This document shows, one piece after another, positions 40,765 through 53,129 of a DNA stretch of 64,000 nucleotides (positions are counted from its first letter, which is position 1; every line of letters starts with the position of its first letter). Location of the stretch: positions 120,838,001 through 120,902,000 of the forward strand of contig OZ024745.1 in assembly GCA_964016885.1 (NCBI GenBank), given 5' to 3'. The DNA comes from Eledone cirrhosa. Its lineage: Eukaryota. Under the pieces are notes generated by a model, which did no database searches, was not told where the DNA came from, and worked only from the letters and a program-made list of their open reading frames with translations. The translations under genes were made by a program, and so were the position numbers.

Positions 40765-40960
40765 GATAGATGGTATGGACATGTAACACATATGAAGGAT
40801 GATAACTGTTTAAAGAAATACAGAGTGCTCAAAGTCAAGGAAACCCTTGGAAGGGGAAGACCTAGGAAAAAGTGGGATGATGTAGTGAAGGCCGACCTCA
40901 TGCAGTTGAACCTCACTAAGGAGCCCATACAATTGGAACGAGACAACACAAGGTGGATGG
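40765..40960 (+). pseudogene. RTE ORF2 C-terminal fragment
   Basis: RWYGHVTHMKDDNCLKKYRVLKVKETLGRGRPRKKWDDVVKADL. Confidence 0.85.
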
Positions 40961-41737
40961 CTAAACCCCCTACCTACCTCCACCCTAAACCCAAAGAAGT
41001 AAATAGGGGGTACAATTCAGATCTCATCTTACACCCACCAACATACTTCTGAATTCCTTGCCAGCATATCCCTGATACCCTTCCCCCACCCTAAACTAGA
41101 AGCAGAGAGGTGGAACAACTCTCAAGTCCTCACTTGCTAGTATACTCCTGATTTCTTCAGCCAACCCATACTAGCATGGAGAGCTAGGATTAACCTTGAT
41201 TGATTCAACTGAAACCCCCAACACTTTCCCAGTATAGGAAAGCTTGGCACACCCCAAAATGACAGGCACAATTTTCTCTAAGCAGTATATAAACACTCCT
41301 CTTTAGACCATCAACAGAAGTCCACCACATCTCACAATATGTCAGAGAGAATCCATTTGTTTCAAGGCCACCACCATAACCTCAACCTCCCTTCCCCACA
41401 ACTATGCAATGCCTGTACCCCACCAATGCCTCTACAGCAAAACCTAGAACAGTGAGCACCCTAGTGCTGGCTGTAATGCAATACTGTTGGTGCCATACAA
41501 AAACACCCAGTTCACCCTGTAAGGTGGTAATGCCAGAATCACAATCAAATGCTCCCAGTATATGCTGTAAAGGGGGTTGGTGTTAGGAAGAGCATCTGAC
41601 TGTAGAAACCAAGGCAAAACAAAGCATATGAGCATAAGCTAGTCACCTGACCGGTCTGGTTTCAGTGTGCCACAGCCATCTAACCCATGCAAGCATGAAA
41701 AATAGACATTAATTGGTTATGATGAGTGTTGTTTTTC

Positions 41738-41995
41738 ATTTCTTTCTTATTGTATCCACAAGAATGTCAGTTACAAAGCTTAGTAAGATGTGGTTCTGCC
41801 ACAGCTGAACACATTGCTGTCCTTTCTCATTAAACTCTGCCAAGTCCAATGCTGTGCAGGGGTGTTCCAGCTGGAGGCATATCAGGTGGTTCATAGTCTG
41901 TGGTTCAATGCCACAGTCACACACAACGTCCTCATCCTTTAAATATCCCCATTTTACAAGAGTGACTTTTGCACAACCAACACCAGATCTTAGTC
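41738..41995 (-). pseudogene. 3' end of a Vingi/Ingi-like non-LTR retrotransposon
   Basis: Minus strand: SGVGCAKVTLVKWGYLKDEDVVCDCGIEPQTMNHLIC...PCTALDLA (C-x-C...H...C knuckle), then an A/G-rich tail. The clade was assigned from remembered motif similarity. Confidence 0.6.
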
Positions 41996-42667
41996 TTTTT
42001 TTTCATAGGGGTTGAGGAAAAACTCAAGAACTGCTTGGAGTGTCACAGTGGTCTACCTGGAGTAGCACTTTTTGGAGGGCACTTTAATATGTGCTGTGTT
42101 GTGTCTTTCATGTGGATAGGGCACTTTAAAAGGGTATTGTGTTATGTTGTTCATGGGGGTAAGGCACTATTTGTGTATTGTGTTGTGACTTTTATAGGGG
42201 TGGAGCAAACTCTAGGACCACCCTGAGTAGCACAAACCTCTATCTATACCTCTGTCTGAACCCTCAACCTTTTTAGCTGTGAGGCCAACATCTTAATGAC
42301 ATAGCAAGCTGTGACACTCAACAACACTTCTACTACTCAAATTTGTTTTAATTATTGGTGCTGAAAACCAAGTATGTTCTTATTAAATTTAATAAACAAC
42401 ATTTCACACCAAGAATAACAGTGCAGTATCAGATTCTATATAACCTTTTAGCACAGCACCATCATCATCATCAGCACCATTTAACATCCATATTCCATGC
42501 ATATCTAATCAAATACCAAACAATTCTCATTTGAAATATGCAAACTGTAAATATTGAAAACCAATACTTATGAATAAACCAGATTTCAATGTTATGAAAT
42601 TTGTTTAAAATATTATTTGGTTAAATTTATTTACAAGCTTGAAAAATTTAGCAAGTTATGTGGCTCA

Positions 42668-42900
42668 TATTACTTAGACTTAGAAACTCCCAGATCTTGA
42701 GATGCATGAGGCAGCCAAAATGATCCAATTACCAAGAGCAGTCGCATTTATCAATATATCGTTCTAGCTTTTGTTGATGTGTTTGAGGTCTCTGTTGATT
42801 GTCTTGGGACATCTTCTTTGCCTCTTTCCAGGACCTGATTAGCATGTCTCTCACTTGGGAGTCGTGTGAAGTGACCCAACCAGCCAATTCAATGCTGGCA
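42668..42900 (-). pseudogene. Old RTE 3' terminus
   Basis: Frame PGKRQRRCPKTINRDLKHINKS*NDI...WIILAASCISRSGSF* followed by GTCTAAGTAA, an RTE-type terminal repeat. Confidence 0.5.
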
Positions 42901-43220
42901 CATGATGTTAGACACACTTTAAAGAAGATTGCTGTATATCACCATAAATGAACACTTGAACATGAGTCATTGAACACTTCAGATATGTCATCATCATCAT
43001 CATCATCATCATCATCGTCGTCATCATCATTTAACAGCTATTTTTCCAGCTGGCAAAGGTAGGACAGGTTGTCAAAGACTAAGTCAGTACTCTAGTGGAG
43101 CTACTGTCCTGTCAGATATACATTATATATATATATATCATATAGTATTATGTCCATCTTTGACAATTTCTTTTTACACACAATCACTCACATGGCTTCT
43201 TAACCATACAGCTATTCTTG

Positions 43221-45620
43221 AATTTAGCTAGGTCAGTTTGTAGTGGGGCATGTAACTAAAATTTAGCTAGGTCAGTTTGTAGTGGGACATGTAACTAAAA
43301 TTTAGCTAGGTCAGTTTGTAGTGGGACATGTAACTAAAATTTAGTTAGGTCAGTTTGTAGTTGGACATGTAACTAAAATTTAGGTAGATCAGTTTGTAGT
43401 GGGACATCTAACTAAAATTTAGTTAGGTCAGTTTGTAGTGGGGCATGTAACTAAAATTTAGTTAGGTCAGTTTGTAGTGGGGCATGTAACTAAAATTTAG
43501 TTAAGTCAGTTTGTAGTGGGACATGTAACTAAAATTTAGTTAGGTCAGTTTGTAGTGGGGCATGTAACTAAAATTTAGTTAGGTCAGTTTGTAGTGGGCC
43601 ATGTAACTAAAATTTAGTTAGATCAGTTTGTAGTGGGCCATGTAACTAAAATTTAGTTAGATCAGTTTGTAGTGGGCCATGTAACTAAAATTTAGTTAGA
43701 TCAGTTTGTAGTGGGCCATGTAACTAAAATTTAGTTAGATCAGTTTGTAGTGGGCCATGTAACTAAAATTTAGTTAGGTCAGTTTGTAGTGGGCCATGTA
43801 ACTAAAATTTAGTTAGATCAGTTTGTAGTGGGCCATGTAACTAAAATTTAGTTAGGTCAGTTTGTAGTGGGCCATGTAACTAAAATTTAGTTAGATCAGT
43901 TTGTAGTGGGGCATGTAACTAAAATTTAGTTAGGTCAGTTTGTAGTGGAGCATGTAACTAAAATTTAGTTAGGTCAGTTTGTAGTGGAACATGTAACTAA
44001 AATTTAGTTAGGTCAGTTTGTAGTGGGCCATGTAACTAAAATTTAGTTAGGTCAGTTTGTAGTGGGCCATGTAACTAAAATTTAGTTAGGTCAGTTTGTA
44101 GTGGGCCATGTAACTAAAATTTAGTTAGGTCAGTTTGTAGTGGGGCATGTAACTAAAATTTAGTTAGATCAGTTTGTAGTGGAGCATGTAACTAAAATTT
44201 AGTTAGATCAGTTTGTAGTGGGACATGTAACTAAAATTTAGTTAGGTCAGTTTGTAGTGGAGCATGTAACTAAAATTTAGTTAGATCAGTTTGTAGTGGG
44301 ACATGTAACTAAAATTTAGTTAGATCAGTTTGTAGTGGGCCATGTAACTAAAATTTAGTTAGATCAGTTTGTAGTGGGGCATGTAACTAAAATTTAGTTA
44401 GGTCAGTTTGTAGTGGGGCATGTAACTAAAATTTAGTTAGGTCAGTTTGTAGTGGAGCATGTAACTAAAATTTAGTTAGGTCAGTTTGTAGTGGAACATG
44501 TAACTAAAATTTAGTTAGGTCAGTTTGTAGTGGGGCATGTAACTAAAATTTAGTTAGGTCAGTTTGTAGTGGAGCATGTAACTAAAATTTAGTTAGGTCA
44601 GTTTGTAGTGGAACATGTAACTAAAATTTAGTTAGGTCAGTTTGTAGTGGGGCATGTAACTAAAATTTAGTTAGGTCAGTTTGTAGTGGAGCATGTAACT
44701 AAAATTTAGTTAGGTCAGTTTGTAGTGGAACATGTAACTAAAATTTAGTTAGGTCAGTTTGTAGTGGGGCATGTAACTAAAATTTAGTTAGATCAGTTTG
44801 TAGTGGAGCATGTAACTAAAATTTAGTTAGATCAGTTTGTAGTGGGACATGTAACTAAAATTTAGTTAGGTCAGTTTGTAGTGGAGCATGTAACTAAAAT
44901 TTAGTTAGATCAGTTTGTAGTGGGACATGTAACTAAAATTTAGTTAGATCAGTTTGTAGTGGGCCATGTAACTAAAATTTAGTTAGATCAGTTTGTAGTG
45001 GGGCATGTAACTAAAATTTAGTTAGGTCAGTTTGTAGTGGGGCATGTAACTAAAATTTAGTTAGGTCAGTTTGTAGTGGAGCATGTAACTAAAATTTAGT
45101 TAGGTCAGTTTGTAGTGGAACATGTAACTAAAATTTAGTTAGGTCAGTTTGTAGTGGGGCATGTAACTAAAATTTAGTTAGGTCAGTTTGTAGTGGAGCA
45201 TGTAACTAAAATTTAGTTAGGTCAGTTTGTAGTGGAACATGTAACTAAAATTTAGTTAGGTCAGTTTGTAGTGGGGCATGTAACTAAAATTTAGTTAGAT
45301 CAGTTTGTAGTGGGCCATGTAACTAAAATTTAGCTAGGTCAGTTTGTAGTGGAGCATGTAACTAAAATTTAGTTAGGTCAGTTTGTAGTGGAACATGTAA
45401 CTAAAATTTAGTTAGGTCAGTTTGTAGTGGGACATGTAACTAAAATTTAGTTAGGTCAGTTTGTAGTGGGACATCTAACTAAAATTTAGTTAGGTCAGTT
45501 TGTAGTGGGGCATGTAACTAAAATTTAGTTAGGTCAGTTTGTAGTGGGGCATGTAACTAAAATTTAGCTAGGTCAGTTTGTAGTGGGCCATGAAACTAAA
45601 ATTTAGCTAGGTCAGTTTGT
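43221..45620. repeat. 39-bp minisatellite, ~61 copies (AATTTAGTTAGGTCAGTTTGTAGTGGNNCATGTAACTAA)
   Basis: Exact 39-bp period with variation concentrated in 2-3 positions. Confidence 0.97.
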
Positions 45621-45849
45621 AATCGCAGTTGAGCATAAAACGAAAATCCTTACAGTATTTAATTTTGTTCATTTATATTCTGTATTTAAACTCTGCTTTT
45701 CAATGAAAATAGCGCTCATCAATTGCCTATAACCTTCATCATCAATATTAACATTATCATTTCATGTCCTGTTTCTATGCTGACATGAGCTGAACAAGTC
45801 ACCATAGTGTATTCAGTTCTTGTTCAGAGTTACTGTCCTCCTAGACAGG

Positions 45850-46775
45850 TCAGAGAACTTGTACTGCAATTGCCTCTACCAAGGAAAACATTGATCATGT
45901 TCAGCACATGGTGATGGATGACAGTCAATTGACTATAAATCAAATAGCCAATGCTATTAGCATATCTCGTAAGAGTTGAGAATATTCTGCACAGTGAACT
46001 TGGATGATGAAGGTTTCTGCTCAGTGGATGCCATGTCTTCTGACACCTGATTATAAGCGTACCAGGCTGATCACATCATGGGAAAATCTGACATTGTTTG
46101 ACACAGATCCAGCTGGTTTCCTTGAACGTTTCCTAACCCAGGATGAGTGTTGGATTCATCACTTTGAGTCAGAGATAAAGAGACAATCCATGTTGTGTAA
46201 ACACCTCTCCTCACCTACTTCAAAGAAGGCTAAGGTCGTTTAATCTTCAGGGAAGACAAGAGCCTCATTTTTTTTTATGCAAAAGGCATTGGGTTTATTG
46301 ACTATCTTCAAAAGGGCCACACCATCAATGGAGAGTATTATGCCAACTTGTTGAGGTAGTTAAGAAAGGCTATCAAAACCAAACGCCCAGTAAAACTGAC
46401 AAAAGAAGTCTTGTTTCATCAGGACAATGCTCCAGCACACACATCCTTGGTTTCAATGGCTGCTGTGTGTGACTGTTGTGGTGATCTGGTTGATCATCTT
46501 CCCTCTTCTCATGATTTGGCCCCATCTGACTATCATCTTTTCCCCAACATGAAAAAAAACCACTTGGCTAGAAACTAGTATTGCAGTGATGATGATGTCA
46601 TATTTGCAGATGTTGACTTTGATTTACCAACAGGATGAAAACTTCTTCACCAATTGGATCCAAGCACTGCAACACTAATGGAAGAAGGGGCACTATGTTG
46701 ACAAAGAAAGCTCATTTGGTCTTATTCTATGAAAGTATCTTGGTCAACCTATGAACTTTTCAGCCAACTGTCATA
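45850..46775 (+). pseudogene. Mariner (DD34D-type, SETMAR-like) transposase pseudogene, 5'-truncated, with right TIR
   Basis: KVSAQWMPCLLT (WVPxxL), FLTQDECWIHH, IDYLQKGHTINGEYYA, LFHQDNAPAH, DLAPSDYHLFPNMKK, with stops and frameshifts. Ends ...TGAACTTTTCAGCCAACTGTCATA. Confidence 0.92.
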
Positions 46776-46855
46776 CAGTGAGTTTTCATTAGAAATACAG
46801 TCACAAAATGGTTAATATTGCAGTGAAATTCTAAAAATATATATCTTGAAAATCT

Positions 46856-47150
46856 TTAACCCTTTAGCATTTAAACCAGCCATATCCGGCCACAATTCTC
46901 TCACCTCTTTATGTTCAAACCAGCTGTAACCAGCCACTCATACTGATGTTAAGGTATTGTTCTCAAAATAAATAATATCAAAATCTCATAGATTCGATAT
47001 TATGTGAGGTAAAGCCTTTATCATAAAAATACATTAGTAAATATAGAGTAATGTAAATGTTATGTGAGATAGTATGTGAGATAATTATGTGAGATAAAGC
47101 CTTTACCATCAAAATACAATAGTATATATAGAGTAATGTAAATGGGTTAA
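46856..47150 (+). mobile_element. piggyBac-type MITE copy with internal duplication
   Basis: TTAACCCTTTAGCATTTAAACC ... AAATGGGTTAA. The right-hand ~60 bp is duplicated. Confidence 0.8.
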
Positions 47151-48494
47151 TCAGAGAATCAACTGAATCATTCTTTGAATGAGGAAATGAAACACAGGAA
47201 GTGTGGATGGGAGTTAGTTTGAAGTAGAAATTCCAAGTTGAATAAACAGAGATACTTGAGGAAAGGGAATGTTTAACCCTTTTGTTACTATATTTTTAAT
47301 AATTGTTTCTACTTTAGGCACAAGGCCAGCAATTACCCAGTACATTACTGGTACTATATTTGTAATAATAATAATAATAATTAAAATCATTGTGTACAGT
47401 ACTCAGGTGCACTACAACTCATCAAAGGTGCATGTAATGAAAGACTGCATATAATTTTCAAATTATTTTGAAAATAATCAAACATTTGGAAAGACTTAGT
47501 AATGTAACTGCTGGGAGTTGCAACCATAGATAGTATCAGCAATGGAGAGACCAATGGAAACATTGTTTCCTTGGTCCGATTTGATGAGTTCCACCCCACT
47601 CTGTAAGCAAATGAGGTCTTGAATCTTGTCAATCGACCTTATCCTTAGTAATATAACTAATTTTCTCATTATTAACTTGTTATATTTGGAACATGACTTA
47701 ACAAAGGTTCATAGATGAAATTATGATGGAAAAGCTTTTAGATAAATACATACAGTCCATGCTGTAATGTGGTCATGTAGGTAACACAGTAAAAAGCTCC
47801 CAGTCCACACTGTAAATGTGGTTGGTGTTAGGAAGTGCATCCAGCCGTAGAAAACCTGCCAGATAGTCCTATACAAGCGAGACACAGTCACCTGACCAAT
47901 CTTGCCTCAAATGGGATAATTCCCGGCTAACCCATGCTAGCGTGGAAGATAGATGTTAAACGATGATGATGATGATAAACACTTTAGGTGGTTTGGTATA
48001 AAAAGGAATAAAATAGAGCTCAGTGAAAAGGAATGGTAGATGATAAATGTGAAATTCATCTAATCTAACAAGGGTAAGGAGTATGAAGTGAAACTTCACC
48101 AAGATGGATGGATGATAAAATGTGAGGTGGAACTCTGTTAGAATAGTTGGTATGTATGATTTAAAATTTGATTGGGATGGATAGATGATATGTGTAATGT
48201 GGAATCCAGTGAGGAAAAGTAGCTATGATATTTCACTGTCTACTTCAGCAAGCTATAGGTTATGTACTTGATAATTGTTCCACATGATTGATGGTTTATA
48301 TGAGTCAACATCTAGACAACACTTTGGAGATTGACTATCAATGAACGACTGACTGATTAACAAATATATTTATAGAATCACACAACTGCTTTAAGTGAGA
48401 GACAGAAAACAGAAATGTTAGACAGTAGCACTCTGAAGAATGAGGAAACTGTAGTTCAGTTAAAGACCAGTGACAGTCCAATCTCTCCATTAAT

Positions 48495-48935
48495 AATGGT
48501 TTCTGATCTTAGCACAAGGCCAACAATTGTGGAGGGGAGGGAAAAGGCAAAACTAACCTCGACAGGATTTGAACCCAGAACATAAAGGGCCATAACTTTA
48601 TGCTGCAAAGCATTTTGTCCAAAACACTATTCATACTGCCAACCCACCACCTTTATTTCGTCAATAATTAATGGTTTGTGATTTAGGCACAAGGCCAGAT
48701 ATTTTTGTGGGGAGGAGAATGTCGATTAAATCGACCCAGCGCATTACTGGTACTTTATTTTATCGGAGGAGATGACGAAGGATCATGACAAGTGGAGAGA
48801 TGCTGTGCTGAATACGACCCATCCCACCCTTGCAAGCAGGGAAAAGCGGACGTAAAATGATGATGTTTATGATAATGATGATGACCCTGTAAGGATGGAA
48901 GGCAAAGCTAACATCGATGGGATTTGAACTCAGGA
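48495..48935 (-). mobile_element. Two family A SINEs, the second interrupted by a ~120-bp RTE 3' end (+ strand, ~48765-48882)
   Basis: TACTTTATTTTATC | GGAGGAGATGACGAAGG...CTTGCAAGCAGGGAAAAGCGGACGTAAAATGATGAT... | GACCCTGTAAGGATGG. Confidence 0.75.
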
Positions 48936-49164
48936 AAAACATTAACCAAAACCTCAACAAGCTGGGAAGAAGAATTCTAAAATTTATTTCCTAACAAAAC
49001 CAGAAGAATTATTTGGTATTATTTTCTTATTTTCATGAATATAGTTCTTCTTGATTACATTTAATGTGTTTGGTAAGTTTGGTAAGTCAAAGGTTGATAG
49101 AGAAGTGGTGGAACATTAGTCATTCTGTCACTGGTTAGAGGAGGAGGCAGAGGAAAAGGCGGTA

Positions 49165-49894
49165 TAATGGTGGCAGTGGTGATAGTGGTAGGGATGGTGG
49201 CAGTAGTGGTGACACTGTTAGTGGTGGTGGTGGTGGTGGTGGTGGTAGTATTGGTGGTGGTGATAGTGGTAGGGATGTTGGTAGTAGTGGTGGCAGTGGT
49301 GGTGTGGTGGTAGTGGTAGTAGTAGTGGTGGTGGTGGTAGTGGTGGTAGTGGTGGTGGTGGTAGTGGTAGTAGTGGTGGTAGTGGTAGTGGTAGTAGTAG
49401 TGGTCGTGGTGGTAGTGGTAGTAGTGGTGGTGGTGGTGGTGGTAGTGGTGGTAGTGGTGGTGGTGGTAGTGGTAGTAGTGGTGGTAGTGGTAGTGGTAGT
49501 AGTAGTGGTCGTGGTGGTAGTGGTAGTAGTGGTAGTAGTGGTGGTAGTGGTGTTGGCAATAGTGATGGTGGCAGTGTTAGTGGTAGTAGTGGTGACACTG
49601 TTAGTGGTAGTAGTGGTAGTAGTGGTGGTGGTTGTGGTAGTGGTAGTAGTGGTAGTAGTGGTAGTGGTAGTAGTAGTGGAGGTGGTGGTAGTGGTAGTAG
49701 TGGTAGTAGTGAGGAGGCAAAAAGCCCTGTCTGCAATTTACTCCTAATTATATTATCCTCATCATCATCATCACAATCATCATTATCACCATCAACACCA
49801 CCATCATCATCATCATCATCATCACAATCATCACAATCATCATCATCACAATCATCATCATCATCATCATCATCACCACAATCATCATCATCAC

Positions 49895-49933
<39 letters not shown>

Positions 49934-50150
49934 TACAATCATCATCATCATCATCATCATCACCATCATCATCATCACCACCATCCTCATCATCATCACC
50001 ATCATCATCATCATCACCACTGCCACCATCATCCTCATCACCATCACCACCATCATCACCATCATCACCACTGCCACCATCATCATCATCATCGTCATCA
50101 TCATCATCATCATCATCACCATCATCACCATTACCATCATCATCATCACT
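49165..50150. repeat. (GGT/AGT)n and (CAT/CAC)n microsatellites
   Basis: Seen directly. They generate the poly-V, poly-P/L and poly-M ORFs. Confidence 0.95.
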
Positions 50151-50284
50151 TCACCTTCATGTGTCTTGATAATTGATATCCAAATTCAGTAGATATATAC
50201 ATTCTCCATGAGTTAATGCTATCATCCAGTTTGCAATCCAACTTTCAGATATTTCTTTTCATTTCCACTACAATATAGAGTTTA

Positions 50285-50582
50285 ACTGGCTATATCTGGA
50301 CAGTAACACCCTGAAGATGGAGGAAACTGTAGCTCAGTTAAAGACTTGTGACAGTTGAGTCTCTCAATTAACCCTTTAGTATTTAAACCAGCCATATCTG
50401 GACCATAACACCCTGAAGATGGAGGAAACTGTATCTCAGTTAAAGACTTGTGACAGTTGAGTCTCTCGATTAACCCTTTAGTATTTAAACCAGCTATATC
50501 TGGACAGTAACACCCTGAAGAAGGAGGAAACTGGAGTGAAACTGTAGCTCAGTTGAAGACCAGTGACAGTCCAATCTCTCCA
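50285..50582 (+). repeat. 102-bp tandem triplication that includes the left end of the adjacent MITE
   Basis: CTGAAGA at 50311, 50413 and 50515. A single related copy lies at 48421-48492. Confidence 0.85.
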
Positions 50583-50773
50583 TTAATCCTTTAGCATTTA
50601 AACCAGCCTTATCCAGCCAGAATTCTCTTAACGTTTATGTTCAAACCAGCCAAAACTGGTTGCTCATACTGACATTAAGGTATTGTTCTCAAAATAAATA
50701 ACATTAAAATCTCATAGATTCGATATTATCTGAGATAATTATGTAAGATAAAGCCTTTACAACAAAAATACAA

Positions 50774-51485
50774 TCTTTATATATATAAAAGCGAGGATGT
50801 GTGTGTGTCTGTGTACAACTTTGGATACCTAAGGCTTTCTGTGCACGTTGCACAGGTCGCTAAGATGGTCACATCACAAAAATGTTTTCAATCGACCCAC
50901 GTTGAGCAATAAAAAATCGATATCAAAATTATCGGTAACAAAATTGATGTAAGGGAGATCATCATCATCATCATTTCATTTTACGTCCACTTTTTCCCTG
51001 CTTGCAAGGGTGAGACGGCAACTGATGCTGGCTTGATTTCTACAGCTGGATGCCCTTCCTAACACCAACCTCATTTACAGTGAGTGCTGGGTGCTTTTTT
51101 TTCCGTGGCACCTACACGACCACTTTGCAGTGGTATGATAGGGACCCCAGTCCCTATCATCTCATTTCTACAGCTGAGTAAACTGGAGCAATGTGAAATA
51201 AAGTGTCTTGCTCAAGGAAACAACACATCACCCGGTCTGAGAATTGAACTCACAACCTTTCGATTGCAAGGCCAATGCTCTAACCACTAAGCCATGTGCC
51301 TCCATCATAACCAACTTTATTGACAATCCTTATAAAAAAGGGAGATAACCAACTTTATTGACAATCCTTATAAAGAGTCTGCTTATTTTGACAGGTTGGG
51401 GACAAATAATGTTCTTCTTTTACTTCCTAGCTGTATATTCTTAGCATAATTTCAAACCCCGAGCAATGCCGGGTAAATCTGCTAG
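50774..51485 (+). mobile_element. Non-autonomous Helitron
   Basis: 5' TC(TTTATATATATAAAAG), subterminal hairpin CCCGAGCAATGCCGGG, 3' CTAG. Inserted between A and T with no target-site duplication. Confidence 0.88.
50958..51300 (-). mobile_element. Composite SINE (tRNA head, CORE-like, 42-bp repeats, Meta-like, RTE tail) nested in the Helitron
   Basis: Reverse complement of 59217-59600. Confidence 0.85.
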
Positions 51486-51534
51486 TAGTATATATAGAGT
51501 AATGTAAATGGTATCAGTAAACTCTGTAAAGTTG

Positions 51535-51892
51535 TAGTGGTGGTGGTGGTGGTGGTGGTGGTGGTGGTGATGGTGGTGGTGGTGGTGATGATGGTGGTGG
51601 TGGTGGTGGTGGTGGTGGTGATGATGATGATGATGATGGTGGTGGCGGTGGCGGTGGTGGTGGTAGTGATGGTGATGTTGGCGATGACAGTGATGATGGT
51701 GATGATGGTGATGACGATGATGATGATAGTGAAGACAGAGATGATGTTGGTGGTGGTGCTGCTGATGGTGATGGTGATGGTGATGGTGATGGTGATGTTG
51801 GTGATGATGATGGTGATGGTGATGGTGATGATGATAATGAAGACAGTGATGATGTTGGTGGTGGTGGTGGTGTTGCTGATGATGGTGATGAG
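51535..51892. repeat. (GGT)n/(GAT)n microsatellite
   Basis: Seen directly. Confidence 0.95.
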
Positions 51893-52672
51893 AATAAGCT
51901 ACATATTTCACTATTTTTGCTACTTTGAAAAGTAGCAAACTTTCTCAGTATCTTTCTTCAGTGTATTTTACTGAGCCCAGATAAAATGAACATTTATATT
52001 ATTTCTGACAGACCTCCAACTTGGAAACATCAACTCTCCTCTCTCGGTGTGTATCAAATTTGCTTTTATATTAAATTGTTCATTCTTTTTACTTTGAAGT
52101 GTGGTGACTAGGATGGCTATCACGGATGTTGAATGTGTGTGTGTTTCATGTAATCAGAAGATGTATAGTATATATGTTATTTGTTGCTGTACATGTAGCA
52201 TGTGTTACATGTTATTTGTTGCTGTACATGTAGCATATGCCACATGTTTTGTGTGATAAAGCAGAGATTCTTATAAACATCATTCAGTTTTAACAGCAAC
52301 ACTATCCTCCAATCCATTTTTGATGTGGAAAAAGTAACTATCATTTGCAACTGTGTAGTGGTGGGCATGGTAGGGTATCACAAACATCATCCCAGTGGAT
52401 TGACTGAATCGGTAGAGTTCAAATCCTGCAGAGGTTTACTTTGCCTTTCATCCTTACGAGGTCAATAAAATAAAGTACCAGTAATACATTGGGGTCAATT
52501 TAATTGACTTTCCCCTCCCAAAAAATTGTTGGCCTAGTGCTTAAATCAGAAACCATTATCACAATCTTCAATTTAGCATCCATTTTTATATATTTTTTTG
52601 ATTTGGTATATATTATCAAAGCCTTCAACATATATCTATATAGTCTTTACTGAGTATTATTTCAATATTATT

Positions 52673-52995
52673 GGGCGGTGAATTGGCAGTACTGGTAGAG
52701 AGTCAGATGCCAGCATAGTTACGTCTCTTTACGGTCTGAGTTCAAATCCCACTGAGGTTAACTTTGCGTTTCATCCTTACGGGGTCGATAAAATAAAGTA
52801 CTAGTAATGCACTGGGTAATTCCGTGATAGCCATCCTAGTCACCACACTTCAAAGTAAAAAGAATGAACAATTTAATATAAAAGCAAATTTGATACACAC
52901 CGAGAGAGGAGAGTTGATGTTTCCAAGTTGGAGGTCTGTCAGAAATAAGGTACTGGGATAATTGCTGGCCTTGTGCCAAAAGTAGAAACAATTAT
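52673..52995 (+). mobile_element. Family A SINE carrying a 128-bp inverted copy of nearby unique DNA
   Basis: 52821-52948 is the reverse complement of 51999-52126. The SINE tail resumes after it. Confidence 0.9.
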
Positions 52996-53129
52996 TTAAA
53001 TATTATTTCAACATATATCTATATTTAGTTATTACTCAATATTATTTCAATATATATCTATATTTAGTTATTACTCAATATTATTTCAACATATATTTCA
53101 ACACATATTTCAACATCTATGAATATTCA

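Larger units (their letters stand above)
50583..51510 (+). mobile_element. piggyBac-type MITE interrupted by a Helitron
   Basis: The MITE sequence stops at ...AAATACAA (50773) and resumes TAGTATATATAGAGTAATGTAAATG (51486), contiguous in the copy at 5951-5980. Confidence 0.85.

Noticed and set aside
42729-42917. 62-aa ORF with a GT donor-like end, a candidate host exon
   Set aside because: Another frame and the GTCTAAGTAA tail fit a decayed RTE 3' end better.
26426-51938. Poly-M, poly-V, poly-H, poly-Y and (IY)n/(CV)n ORFs
   Set aside because: Translations of di- and trinucleotide microsatellites.
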